A DNA stretch of 62,715 nucleotides, counting the filler, from Nemertoderma westbladi (lineage: Eukaryota > Animalia > Xenacoelomorpha): the NCBI GenBank assembly GCA_032718475.1. It is 3 parts of 3 records of this genome, joined end to end, with 100 filler letters (N's around TTAATTAATTAA, not from the genome) between each part and the next. Parts side by side here need not be neighbours in the genome. Positions count along the whole stretch, not along the records: positions 1 to 27,197 come from JAUCBJ010004185.1; positions 27,298 to 51,639 come from JAUCBJ010004889.1; 1 more part is not named here. One strand, given 5' to 3'. The notes under the pieces were generated by a model. It had not been told where the DNA came from. It made no database searches and saw nothing but the letters and a program-made list of their open reading frames with translations. Made by a program: the position numbers and the translations under genes. Below are positions 26,184 through 38,639 of the stretch, one piece after another. Position 1 is the stretch's first letter. The number at the start of each line of letters is the position of its first letter.

Positions 26184-27197
26184 ATTTGTTTTAAATATTT
26201 GTTTAAAATAATTATTTTATTTAAATTTGAAAAAAAAAATTTCGCTTACATTTTTTTTTTAAATATTTCTTTAACCACATTAATAGTTTCAAAGTGTTAA
26301 AAGTTGTATAAAAAGCCGAATAACATTGAGCTGCCTAACTATATAGTAAGAATTGCTATGATATTATTAATATTTTCCATTTTTTTTTAATAACAATTAT
26401 TTTGAAAAGAGCTACCCGATTCACCTTCACATAAATCGCTATAACTTTTTTTTGGAAATAGATATTGAGACACAGTTTTTTTTGTTAAAATCTCTGGAAA
26501 ATTCTGCATCTCATAGGCCTAATAACTCAAAATCGACCCCCGGTGACATAAGGTCCCTTTTCTCGTGGCCAGCCACATATTGTCATTGATAAACGCTAAA
26601 ACATGTACCACCTACCTCACAGTACGTACGTAGGCTGGCATAAACCGGATATCTAAAATAATATTAGTAATTTGGATATATCACAACAGTTTAAGAGGGT
26701 CCTCGGGCTCTATTTACATTATTGAATCAGGAACTTAAATACAATCTCCGCACACAAATATTGTATAACTACTAAAATTATTATTACATCAATTTAATAA
26801 AGTTCTATAATATAAATAGTTCTAGAATTATAAGTATTTAAACTGATTATTTTATACAAATGAAGTACCAGCCTGTTAGGGATGGGGATGGGTCAGTGGA
26901 ATTGAGGTTCTGGAGACGAACGAAACGATAGTGTGACGTATTTAAGATTTTTTAATTAGGGAAGAATATTAATTGAATTAACTGAATCATTTCAATGTTT
27001 TTGTTCAAACATTTAAACAATTTCACAAAGGGGGTGGGAGGTTATCAGGAAACTTAAAAAAAACAGCTGTAAATTACTTACTGAGTTATTATGTTAATTA
27101 CTATGATATTTACATTATTCACACATCAGAAAAACTTATTATTTTAATTCGAATTTAAACAATATAAGCTCCGGATTGGCTCCGGGTTAATTTGCCC

Positions 27198-27297
27198 NNN
27201 NNNNNNNNNNNNNNNNNNNNNNNNNNNNNNNNNNNNNNNNNTTAATTAATTAANNNNNNNNNNNNNNNNNNNNNNNNNNNNNNNNNNNNNNNNNNNN
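27198..27297. other. Assembly gap with artificial TTAATTAATTAA (stop-in-all-frames) linker
   Basis: N-run, TTAATTAATTAA, N-run; an identical structure occurs at ~51640-51740. Confidence 0.95.
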
Positions 27298-30200
27298 CTG
27301 GTTGGTGATGTGTGCATTTGTACTTGACACAATGTACCCGGCGTAGCATTCTTGTGAATGTGCCATCCAGAGAGTTGGTGTCCTCCCTCAGCAGTTAGAG
27401 CCCAGCATGGACTCCCGTAGAAGAGGTACTGGAACTACTGCTGCTCTAAATAATCGGACCTTAAGTTTCCGATTAATTCTAGGTGACTTCCTAATCCTGG
27501 AAAGCCTATTCAAGGCTGCCCATGCCTTTCTTTCCCTTACGTATTCGAAGGTCCTCACCTGACTTCCGGATCCATGATCCCAGGTAACAGAAGTCGTCCA
27601 CATGCTCAAGCATACCATCCTTTGAGCTTATGCTCATCCGATCAGAGACTTGCTGAGGACTTTCAAACTTAACTGTCAAAATTTTGGTCTTTTTGGAGTT
27701 AATAAAAAGACCAACACTAGAAGCAGCATGTTCTAATGAGCTGAGGAGCCGTTGGGCTCCCTCTAGTGATTCTGAGAGTACTCCTAAGTCATCAGCAAAG
27801 TCTAGATCAGTTTGGTACTTGGCAGGATTTCCTTGACTTCTGGAGCCAGTAGGTGGTGTTACCATCACCCCATCATCATTATGATGATCTAAGGACATGC
27901 GTAGAACATAGTCAACCACAATAATGAACAAGAATGGTGCAAGTGTGTCTCCTTGGAGGACGCCCCATAACACTTCAAATGGTTCTGTGTCACCGTCAAC
28001 AGAGACACAAATGTTGTCGAACCATCGTATACTGATCTGATTGCTGCAATAATTTCATCAGGAATCCCATATAATGAAAGTATGCTGAACATACGTGAGC
28101 GAGGGACTGAATCAAAGGCCTTGAAGAAGTCAACAACCATAAGAGCAAGATGCCTGTGTTTCTTTTTTGATAACTCTTCACTTATCCTTCTAAGTGCCAA
28201 AATGGGCTCCATGGTCCCACGACCTTTACAAAACCCATTCTGATTTCCATGGAGCAGCCTCTCAATGGGATCCCTGTTGCGATTTAACCCTATTAGTACC
28301 GGGCTATAAAATGCTGTACAAATACCGGGGGGGGGGGGGGGGGGGGGGGTCATATTGACCCTTCCCTCTAAAATCTACAAATATTAACGAAAACGTCTGA
28401 TTTTTTGTTTGTACGTAGGTATCACTAGTCTGGATCCGACCGAAAAAAAAAATTTCGAAAAAATATACTGGGGTGGTAATATTGCAGCACCAAAATTACA
28501 AGTAGTGCACAATTTTCACAAAATTTGAAAGTTACATTTTTCGGCTAATTGTTTTTCAATACAGGTTTTCTGGGGCGCAAAATACATTGGAAAATATTTA
28601 AAAATGATATGATTACCATAAATGGCTGTTTAGTCCTCTATGCGTAGGAAAAAAAATGAAAAAAACAAGTAACCAGCACTTTTCAGTTAGAACACAAAAT
28701 TTTTAATTAACTTATACGATGCTATAGATTCACATTTTCAGGTTTTCTAGGGCGCTGATTCTAATGGAATACATTTCAAATATGCAAGGTCATTGCTACT
28801 TGTATTTTTCGGCGTAATTTGGCAAATTTTGGTGCTAGCACCAAATTTCGTACCCATCACCAAAAAGTACAAGTTTGCGATGTCCAGTGTTGTTTTTATT
28901 GATTCCATCAGATTCCGGACCCTCATAAACCCGTATAACACAAGAAACAAGATGAGACTATCTAGTGATCAATTTACTCATTTTCCAAAATTTGGTGCTG
29001 GCACAACAATTTTCACCCACCGGCGAAAAATACAAGTTTGAAAACTCTTATGAAATTTTTACTGATTCCATTGAATTCAGAACCCTAACAAACCTGTATA
29101 ACGCAAGAAACAAGATGAAACAATCAATTGATATATTTGATGGTTTTCAAAATTTGGTGCTAGTACCACATTTTGCACCCACTTCCAAAAAATACAAGTT
29201 TGAGATGTCTAGTTCGATAATTATATATTCAATTGTATTTAGAACAGCCATAAACCTCTAAAATGCAAGAAATAAATTGTCACAAGCAATTTTATCTATT
29301 GAATGGATTTTCAAAATTTCGTGCTAGCACCAAAATTTGCACACAGCACCGAAAAATACAAGTTTGATACGCTTGGTGCAACTCGTATATATTTCTTCGA
29401 AACCAGAACCCCCCAAAAACCCCAATGGCGTAAAAAACAAGTTTCAAACAATCAATTTACAAAATTGACATATTTCAAAATTTGGTGCTGGTACCAAAAT
29501 TTGGCACCCGCCGAAAAAAACAAGTTTGAAATTTCTAAATCAATTTATATGAATTCCATCCAATTGCTAACACTAAAAAACCGGTGTAAATCAAAAATAG
29601 AGATGTTACAATTAATATTTAATGAAATGTAATTTTCAAAAAACGTCTCAAAAAAAAAAGTGCCAAAAGTAGGGTTAAAAAATGGTGCTATAACTCGAAA
29701 ACTACCAAATATGTTTGAAAACGGTTTTCACTACTAGGAAGACAATAGATTTTTAGGAAAAGTCATAAAATTCCAGATTCCCACCTGCGTTTGTTTCAGA
29801 ATTATAATAAAAAAACCACGGGGGAGGTCATATTGACCCCCCCCCCCCCCCGGGTTTAATAGGAGTAATAGAATTCTACTGTATAGCTTTGCAGCAATGG
29901 AGATCAATGAGATTCCCCGAAAAGAACCATAGAGTGTTTGGTTGCCCTTCTTAGAAACTGGCACTAACTTATTTGTTTTCATTTCTTGTGGGACTCTTGT
30001 TGTTCGGTACATGTCTACTATGATGGGATAGATGAGCTTTAAACACTCAGGTATTTTAGATCTACTGAGCCATCTTCTCCACTGGCACGATTGGTCTTAA
30101 TGCTCTTGATTAATATGTTATTAATAATATATTAATATGATGAATAATGATTAATATTATGATTAAAATGTACTATAAAATGAACAATGTCCACAGATAT

Positions 30201-30888
30201 GACCATAACGTCATTAACAACATCAACTCATCATTCCCTTTAGCTTCTCTAACTTTTAGGTAATGTTTTCTTGTTGTGTTGAACCATTTTCATGAACTCA
30301 TGGCGGTCATGGGTCATCTCTGTCATGGGTCATTTTTGAGACTTTGCCGGATTGGTGCTAGTATTTCTTCAATATTTTCTCGAATTCTGGTAACAGTACT
30401 TATTCCTCGAATCTTTTTATCCTTATTCTTACCGCCAATCGATTTATTCCTGCCCTTTCCTCTACGACATCTTTTCCTGCCTTTCTCTCTTTCCCTCTCT
30501 CTCTCAACTCCTTCTACGACCTTTTCTCTCTCTCCTTTAACTCCTTATCCCGTCTCACCCTCTCTTTGCTTTTTACCCTCATCTTCTTTCACTCTCACCT
30601 CTTCTTACTTTTTCCATCCGTGCCCTTTCTCTTTTTTTCCATTTCCATTCCACCAGTCCTATCTAGATCTGAAACTTTTACAATGACACACTAATTACAT
30701 ACTGTAAGGTGTTAAATTTATATAAAATTAAATTTGCGATTTGTGGAAACTAAAATGTCTTCTCTTTGCAGCAGCCTTAATTCTGCAAAGGAGATATGAC
30801 CAATGGGAATATCATGGGAATATCATAATAATGGGAGTACAGATTCAGACACTTTTACTTCTATAAAGTTATCGGACGCAATGCCCTG
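27298..30888 (-). mobile_element. RTE-clade LINE copy A (RT region), split into 27298-28287, 29865-30110 and 30768-30888 by insertions
   Basis: RT motifs GVLQGDTLAPFLF, DLDFADDL and NQNGF, collinear with copy B. Contains frameshifts. Confidence 0.9.
28288..29864. mobile_element. Non-autonomous piggyBac-like DNA transposon inserted at a TTAA in LINE copy A
   Basis: TTAA|CCCTATTA...TAATAGGA|GTAA termini with G/C runs next to GGTCATATTGACC. It interrupts the LINE exactly at GCGATTTAA/TAGAATTC. Internal ~135-bp subrepeats (AAATTTGGTGCTAGCACCAAATTT...AAAAATACAAGTTTG); no transposase. Confidence 0.8.
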
Positions 30889-31199
30889 AAAAGACTTCTT
30901 ACTTGGTCTCGTTTAACTCGTTAAACCGAAAAGTTTTAATTACACATATGTGCAATATGCCCCTGTTAATATGCCCCGCAATATGCCCTTGTACTGTATC
31001 TTCAGAGAGAGTAAGCCGTACACCCGCGTTTGACCAAAATCTCCACAGCGTCGAAGAAAAGCTGGCTGAGGTTCAAGAGGTACTCACAGAAGTTGGACTG
31101 AAGCAAACTACCCTAAACGCCATCTAATAACGAGACTAAGTACCCACGGATTTCACATCTGTCAACTCTGTACACTCCCTCGACTGGCCTGTCATCAAA

Positions 31200-31262
31200 C
31201 CTCATTAGAGCGTCAGACTTGCAACCCGGAGGTCACCAGTTCGATCCCACATGGACGTCTTT
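31200..31262 (+). mobile_element. tRNA-derived SINE head fragment
   Basis: TTAGAGCGTCAGACTTGCAACCCGGAGGTCACCAGTTCGATCCC has a D-stem 3' half, an anticodon-like arm and a B box. The 5' half and acceptor stem are missing. Confidence 0.5.
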
Positions 31263-31789
31263 GCCAACTTCCTCACGCATGGCCTCCACTATCTCGATAA
31301 AAATCCAAACTAAATGAAGTTTCGATAAATATGAATTACTTTTACCGTGTTAACTATTGATTTACACTTTTATTAACAGGCCGAAAGGTGCATCTGTTCA
31401 AATAAGTATATTGAACTCTGGCGCAGACAGACTGTTCGCTCTACTGCAATGGTGCTATTGTTAATTGGTGTGCCACCCTCGCACTAGCGTTGCTACCGGG
31501 CCCGTATTGATGTCACAGTTGGGTTTATGAGATGGCGGTAACGCCGTACCTATTGATTCAGCGAATGTTGGTTCGTACTCCTCTGGAAGACAACAGGGTG
31601 GAGGCGAGATCGAAGTAAAAAAATAATGTTATGTACCTTTACATATTTTACAAAGGAAATTTTTAAATAAAAATACTAGCTACCATAAAAATGCTAAGCA
31701 ACAACTATAATTTGTTGTAGTTATAGTTTTGACACAAATCAGTTTAAAAAAATGCACAAAAAAAAATATTTTTTATATAATGTTCTAGA

Positions 31790-32190
31790 ACATATTGGAC
31801 TAGAAACAATAGGATAAGTGGTAACAATGTGACCTGCATCGAGTGGCGGGGTGTGTTTTTTTTTGTAAAACCACGAGGAAACGGTCCAAATGGCGGGTTT
31901 AAGTAAGCCCGGGAAGCCAATTTTGAGAATCGGCTGTGATTGGATGCTAAATATATTTCGTCACTATTCAGTGCTCTGAAAAATAATTTCTTATAGTGGG
32001 TTCATTATCAGAGCACTGGGTAGTGACGTCAAAAATGTCCTGCCAATCACAGTGATTTTAAAAATTGGCTTCCCGGGCTTACTTAAACTCGCAATTTCGA
32101 CCATTTCCATGTGTTTTTACAAAGAACACACGCCGCCACTCGATTCGTGGCACCTTGTTACCTCTTATTCGATTGTTTCTAGCCCAACAA
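31790..32190. mobile_element. Palindromic MITE with ~160-bp imperfect TIRs
   Basis: CTAGAAACAAT...ATCGAGTGGCGG...TTTAAGTAAGCCCGGGAAGCCAATTTT...TGTGATTGG is mirrored by CCAATCACAG...AAAATTGGCTTCCCGGGCTTACTTAAA...CCGCCACTCGAT...ATTGTTTCTAG. Confidence 0.85.
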
Positions 32191-32449
32191 TTTTTTCGCG
32201 CACCAACCCTATTATCTGTTCTAGAACAATACTTTTAAAAGAAATGGGAAAGGATAATATGTTCTAGAACGTTTTCTTACAAAAAAACAAAGTATCAAAA
32301 CTAGCTACAATAATTTGGAGAGGATGTGTTCAAAACACAGTAGTAGAATAGGCCTATACAATACATGCATTACAATGAAATTTAATACAGTAAACAGTAA
32401 TTACTTTTGGCACGAAAAATGAAAGAAATATTGAGAAAATAATACTTAC

Positions 32450-32524
32450 AATATTAACAGCGACGGTAAATTGCGAAATGCCAGTGGACTGTAAGAGGAA
32501 ATTGGATTGCTGTTGTAAATATCC
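32450..32524 (-). CDS. Single leucine-rich-repeat exon (75 bp, phase 2-2), glycoprotein-hormone-receptor/LGR-like
   Basis: On the minus strand ttgcttttAG|GGATATT...AATATT|GTAAGT. It translates as DIYNSNPISSYSPLAFRNLPSLLIL, an LRR of the N-x-I...P-x-AF-x-NLP-x-L type. 72-75-bp symmetric exons are typical of LGR ectodomains. Confidence 0.7.
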
Positions 32525-32614
32525 CTAAAAGCAATATATTATTATTAAAACAATAAATTACTTGAGTTTTTTATAAATGACATAAATATAAATGACCCAA
32601 TAACTCGAAGATTA

Positions 32615-33080
32615 GCACCCGCAAACTAAAATAAGTAAAGGCCATGATACACCACAGGAGCGGCGAGCGGCAGCGCAGCGGCGGGCGGCCGCGGCGAGCG
32701 GCCGATGTGAGCGGCTACTTTTGGTATGATACACTATAGGAGCGCGAGCGGCAGCAGCCATTTCTGGTCTATCATCACCCATAGAAAATAATGTGTTCTA
32801 TTTTTAAAAAGCCGCTGCCGCTCGCCGCTCCTGTGGTGTATCATGGCCTTAAGGAATACATGCTAGCTTTCTCACTATTATTATAGTCCTTCTTTCAGGT
32901 AAATATAATGAACACAACAGAGAACTGAACGGCATGTCATACACATAACTTCCGGTTACTTACTTATAAGTAAGTATCCTCGGTTACACCCCTACTTACT
33001 TATAAGTAAGTAACCTCGGTTACACCCCTACTTACTTATAAGTAAGTATCCTTACTTACAGTATTTTTGTTTGCGGGTGC
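32615..33080. mobile_element. PIF/Harbinger (Tourist-like) MITE, outer element, TTA TSD
   Basis: TTA|GCACCCGCAAAC...GTTTGCGGGTGC|TTA, with three internal TACTTACTTATAAGTAAGTA-type palindromes. Confidence 0.7.
32639..32849. mobile_element. PIF/Harbinger (Tourist-like) MITE, TAA TSD, nested in the previous element
   Basis: TAA|AGGCCATGATACACCACAGGAGCGGCGAGCGGCAGCG...CGCTGCCGCTCGCCGCTCCTGTGGTGTATCATGGCCT|TAA; perfect ~37-bp TIRs. Confidence 0.88.
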
Positions 33081-33744
33081 TTACCACTTCATTCCCTGTA
33101 ATATTTACTCCCCCACTTTCCCATCATCTCAATTTATTTTCGTCAGCTGAAGTAACACAACTTTTAAATAAAGCTGAAAAGTATAACTTCTTATCGTCGG
33201 TGATATGGCAGAACAGACAAAGTGCAATTTTGGATAAAATTAGGTTTTAACTGAAATTTGTACTAGAGTATCTCAAGGAGGAGTGGTATAAACGCCAAAG
33301 TGATACTGACATCCACTGCTTCAGAAAAGAGATGCGCCACTTAGCCAAAGTGAGAATTGCAAATAAAGAGTCCTGGCAGAAACGCCAAAGTGCAAGATAT
33401 TAAAAATCGCACTTTGTTGTTTCTGCCATGTTACTGTTACAGGGTATTTTTTGTTTAGAAATCCCAAACTTGGTATGACAAAAAAGCCAAAGTGATGAAT
33501 TAACATAAGTTTGCCAGTGTAGGCCTATATTACGGCTGTAGTCTGGAGAATAAATAGTTTGATAAACTTTCAGTTTATATTTAAATTCATTATAAAACAT
33601 CATACTAACTGCTACTACAATTCCTTTGTTTTCTTAAAATTTATTTGTATGCAAATCCAGAGTAAAAAATAATAATTGCCAGTTATGTTTTAGAAACATT
33701 AGTATATATGACGTGATGCCAGTATACGTTACCGTATAAATTTC

Positions 33745-33905
33745 TCACTGTTGTTTCCCTAGGCAAGACACTTTAGACATTAGTGCCTACGCCAACCCAT
33801 CGGTAATGGGAACCTGGCTTTGCTGGGGTAATAATAATAAAAGCGCTTTGAGTATGTCGACCGTAGAAAAGCGCTATATAAATAACCAATGTTATTATAA
33901 TTATA
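33745..33905 (+). mobile_element. 5'-truncated SINE body with CORE-like segment and L2-like 3' tail
   Basis: GTTTCCCTAGGCAAGACACTTTA resembles the CCTTGGGCAAG.CACTT core. The 3' end reads AAAGCGCTTTGAG...GAAAAGCGCTATATAAAT...TTATTAT. Confidence 0.6.
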
Positions 33906-34659
33906 AATAATTAAATGAAATATTACCCCCCCCCCCCCCCTCCCTGTATTAATTAAGAATTAAGTTAAAAGATAATACCTATGGCAACGTAATAAAGAAT
34001 TTAGCCATAGCTACTGTAACCAATATTAGGTAATATTGTTACATATTCACTGCACTTAACTTAGTCTGCCAGTGTTTAAGTGTAATCGATTTTTCGCGCC
34101 TCCATAGAAACAAACATACAAACATACAAAAATACACTCCGTCGTGATTCTGATTTAAAAATGCAATGATCACTACACAATTATTCCCTATTTCCCCCTT
34201 TCCCAGCGTAATATTTATCTCCGATTATATCCAATATTACGACATATTTCCATCCCAGACATCCTTAGCCGGCCTCACCCACAAATTCCAACCAATATTG
34301 CCGGTTACTCCCCTACAAATCATTGCAATCCAATGAAGGAAGTCGCTACACAACCTCCCTCCTTTCTCTCATTGGCCCCTTAGTATGCCAACCTCACCCA
34401 CCTATTACTCTCACCTAATTATTAACAAAGGAATAATTGATAACCGTTAAACTCTATTGCCGTTCATCAATAAACGGTTATTGGTCAGTCAAACAACCAC
34501 GTATTAATTATAATTACATGGGTTGAACATAAAATCACTGCACAAGAAAGACAAAGTGTGTTTAGGTGATAATTAGAGGTCAACTTCATATTGACCATAC
34601 ACCAGGTTTAAAAGGGGCCACATTTGGATGGAAAAGTCAGATCCAAAAACCAGCCTTAT

Positions 34660-34865
34660 AGTTTGGCTGCCTCGGCAGCATAAACTAGGCGTCTTTGTTC
34701 CCTGGCCGGCCTTAGCGGGTTCGCGGTTGCTGGGAAGGTAAGACGATTCCGCCAAGGACTGTGTTTTGGCTGACTATCCTTAAAGTGGGGTGTCTTTGTT
34801 CCCAGGCCGGCCTTACGGGTTCGCAGTTGCTGGGAAGGTAAGACCATTCCGCCTAGGACTGAGAT
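34660..34865. repeat. ~105-bp tandem duplication within an unidentified repeat that is the LINE target
   Basis: GTCTTTGTTCCC.GGCCGGCCTTA.CGGGTTCGC.GTTGCTGGGAAGGTAAGAC.ATTCCGCC.AGGACTG occurs twice. Confidence 0.8.
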
Positions 34866-34938
34866 CGCTGGCTAACTAGCCCCAGAGCGCTTTTGCACTC
34901 TGTCCACTAGCTACTTAGTTTGTCTCAGGACTGACTAT

Positions 34939-36732
34939 CGATCAATCTGCTTACTGGGCGGAAAAGCCAACCAACCACCAAGGAAGGTTAAGGCTGAATC
35001 ACCAGCCGATCGCCTCAATGGTTGGAAAGCCCACTTTGAGAAGCTCCTCAATAATGACAGGGTATTGCCTGATAACTTTATAGAAGTAAAAGTGTCTGAG
35101 TTTGTACTCCCAGATATTCCCATTGGCGATATCTCCTTTGCAGAAGTGAAGGCTGCTGCAAAGAGCATTAAGACCAATCGTGCCAGTGGAGTAGATGGTG
35201 TTCCCCCTGAGGTCTTTAAAATAGCTGAGTGTTTAAAGCTCATCTATCCCATCATAGTAGACATGTACCGAACAACAAGAGTCCCACAAGAAATGAAAAC
35301 AAATAAGTTGGTGCCAGTTCCCAAGAAGGGCAACCTAACACTCTATGGTTCTTTTCGGGGAATCTCATTGATCTCGATTGCTGCAAAGCTATACAATAGG
35401 ATTCTATTAAATCGCATCAGGGATCCCATTGAGAGACTGCTCCGTGGAAATCAGAATGGGTTCCGTAAAGGTCGTGGGACCATGGAGCCCATTTTGGCAC
35501 TTAGAAGGATAATTGAAGAGTTATCAAAAAAGAAAGACAGGCATCTGGCTGTTATCTTTGTTGACTTCTTCAAGGCCTTTGATTCAGTCTCTCGTTCATG
35601 TATGTTCAGCATACTTTCATTATATGGGATTCCTGATGAAATTATTGCAGCAATCAGATCAGATCAGTATATGATGGTTCGACAACATTTGTGTCTACTG
35701 TTGACGGTGACACAGAACCATTTGAAGTGTTATGGGGCATCCTCCAAGGAGACACACTTGCACCATTCTTGTTCATTATTGTGGTTGACTATGTTCTACG
35801 CATGTCCTTAGATCATTATAATGATGATGGGGTGATGATAACTCCACCTACTGGCTCCAGAAGTCGAGGAAATCCTGCCAAGTACCTAACTGATCTAGAC
35901 TTTGCTGTTGACTTAGGAGTACTCTCAGAATCATTAGAGGGAGCCCAACGGCTCCTCAGCTCATTAGAACATGCTGCTTCTAGTGTTGGTCTTTTTATTA
36001 ACTCCAGAAAGACCAAAATTCTGACAGTTAACTTTGAAAGTCCTCAGCAAGTCTCTGATCGGATGAGCATAAGCTCAAAGAATGGTATGCTTGAGCATGT
36101 GGACGACTTCTGTTACCTGGGATCATGGATCCGGAAGTCAGGTGAGGACCTTCGAATACGTAAGGGAAAGGCATGGGCAGCCTTGAATAGGCTTTCCAGG
36201 ATTTGGAAGTTACCGATAATTAAACGGAAACTTAAGGTCCGATTATTTAGAGCAGCAGTAGTTCCAGTACTCCTCTACGGGAGTCCATGCTGGGCTCTAA
36301 CTGCTGAGGACACCAAATCTCTGGATGGCACATTCACAAGAATGCTACGCCGGGTTCATTGTGTCAAGTACAATGCACACATCTCCAACCAGACACTATA
36401 TAACATTGGTGGTGTCTCATTGGTTCCCCCAAGCTTGACACTAGAACAAAATCGCCTCCGCTTTGCAGGACATTGCTTTCGCCGTGAGGACCAGCCAGTG
36501 CATAATCTTGTACTTTGGCAGCCTCATGGAGTGAATAAGCATGGTGGACAGCCCATGACTTTGTTGAGACGCATCTTAAAGGACACTGGCCTTGAAGATG
36601 CGGATGATCTAGCAAATGTCATGGGTGATAGGGAGTTGTGGCGGTGCAATTTTGTCGATAAGCCGGCACAGCATTCTTAAAAATGCAGCTGCAATGCAGC
36701 ATGCCGATCCTAGTAGTAGTAGTAGTAGTAGT
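34939..36732 (+). mobile_element. RTE-clade LINE copy B, 5'-truncated, with (TAG)n tail and 12-bp TSD AGGACTGACTAT
   Basis: RT ORFs 35065-35811 and 35691-36680, frameshifted by an AGATC duplication near 35660. The catalytic FADD reads FAVD. TSD at 34927-34938 and 36733-36744. Confidence 0.93.
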
Positions 36733-37159
36733 AGGACTGACTATTTAGTTTTGGGGGCAGAGTAGAGTAGCAAGTGTTTCCTATAGGCTTCGGCTCTGTC
36801 ATTTACGGTTGTGCTTGTGCACTCTGTCCGCTATCTATACAGTTCATCCCAGGCTCGCCAGGATCGACGGTATAGTTTTGAGGGCAAAGTAACAGCTAAC
36901 CGTTTGCATCCAATCCGTCCCACCCCTGTTTGGACTCAGACTGACGGTATCCTGGTGTTCTGCACTATCGCCAAGTTCCAATAGCGTGAAGCTGCACCAA
37001 GTTTATTACGACGAGTATACTTTTTTCCATGACTTTGATATTCTACGACTTTTTTCAAATATATTTTTTCAGTGTATTTTTAGCATAACGAAATGACTAA
37101 AATACTGTATATTTTCTGTATATTTTGGATTATTTTGAGGCTATACTTTAGATCCATTA

Positions 37160-38125
37160 ATTGGATTCACTTTGGAAAAATCACTTCAGCAACTTGCTTG
37201 GGCAGCCACCAAACATTGAGGTCAGTTCTACAAGGAAAATATATGACAAGACACTACCTATAGAAACAGGGGACTTCACACCTGCCGAACTCCAAAGAAG
37301 CATTAAATGCATGTCCAATAATAAAGCGAGTGGATTAGATGAAATCCCAGTGGAGGTATGGAAAACCGGAGTGCTAAACAGACCATTATTGAATGTTTGC
37401 AACCGGATGTTAAAAGGGGAAAAGCCACCACCAATGTGGACTAAAGGTCAACTAAAGCCTCTCCCCAAGAAAGGAGACCTTGGCATACCAACAAACTATC
37501 GTGGGATCTATCTGCTTGTGGTAGCTACCAAAATATACAATAAAATGATTCTATTTAGGCCTCACATAGAGAAACTACTGCGAAGAGCCAAAACGGATTT
37601 CGACCAAGTAGATGAACAATAGCTCAGATACTTGCACTACTGGATACTGATTAAAGGAATTAAGTCAAAGAATCTCCCCGCAGTCATGAATTTTGTGGAC
37701 TTCAAGAAGGCATTCGACTCCGTCCATAGAGGTAAAATGCATGAAATCCTAAGAGCTTATGGAATACCAGAAGTAATTGTTGCTGGCATTGGATTGTTAT
37801 GTTGTGACACAGAAGCGCAGGTACTCTCACCAGAAGGTGAAACTGAGTTTTCTCAATCCTGGCTGGCATACTGCAAGGTGACACATTAGCACCATTACTA
37901 TTTGTAATTGTGCTGGATTACGCAATAAGGACAGCCACAAAGGGTGAAGATCTGGGATTCACACTTCAAGAACGCAAAGTAGTAGATATCCGGCAACTAC
38001 AGTCACAGACACCGACTTTGCGGATGACATCGCCCTGCTCTCTAATACGCTAGCAGATGCACAGCTTCTACTAAATAAAGTGGAGAGGGCTGCTAAAGAG
38101 GTTGGATTGCATATAAACGCATATA
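37160..38125 (+). mobile_element. Older RTE-clade LINE RT fragment (second family), degenerate
   Basis: KASGLDEIP, PKKGDL..PTNYRGI, FVDFKKAFDSV, LQGDTLAP and DFADDIAL across frameshifts. Confidence 0.85.
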
Positions 38126-38639
38126 AGCGAGCTAGTTACACCGCTCTAGGCCCCCACCTAGAGAACAAATCACCACTATGGTTACAACTACATTCGCAAT
38201 ACACATCTTTGTAAGGCTGATATGGCCATATAGTTAACGTCGATTAAATACAAATAGGCTGCCATTGATACATTCGACCCTGTGGTCAGCATGAACATTC
38301 CGCAGGGTGACGCTGGACTTTGCATACATCACAAAGGAAATTAATCCTGATGGTTTAGGTGAGTTGCATCATTTCAATTCACATAGAATTCCATAACTCG
38401 TCGTAATTTATGATTATCATTTGTCAACTTTATAGGATGGGTATTCTACTTTATATGATTGACTCCATTACTTGATATCGCTAGCATCAGTATCGAACTT
38501 GAGGTTGAGAAGTTTGTTGTCCATCGTGATTCCAACACCTCCATTAGCTGCCTCAAGCAGACACAAAGCCTGTAAGGGCCCATTGCTGTTCATATCATTA
38601 CGGTTCGAGTGAGTCCATCTTTGCTCAGGAATATTTTGG

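Noticed and set aside
27198-27297. TTAATTAATTAA between N-runs as a biological motif
   Set aside because: It is identical at both gaps and is an artificial scaffolding linker. Adjacency across the gaps is therefore uncertain.
31549-31581. Possible 33-bp minus-strand micro-exon (EEYEPTFAESI)
   Set aside because: Splice sites are plausible, but there is no recognisable homology and it is too short to support.
34670-34765. HDV-like ribozyme upstream of LINE copy B
   Set aside because: P1 (GGCAGC/GTTGCT), P4 and GCCAA can be drawn, but there is no proper P3/L3 or P2, the second repeat lacks P1, and it lies outside the LINE TSD.
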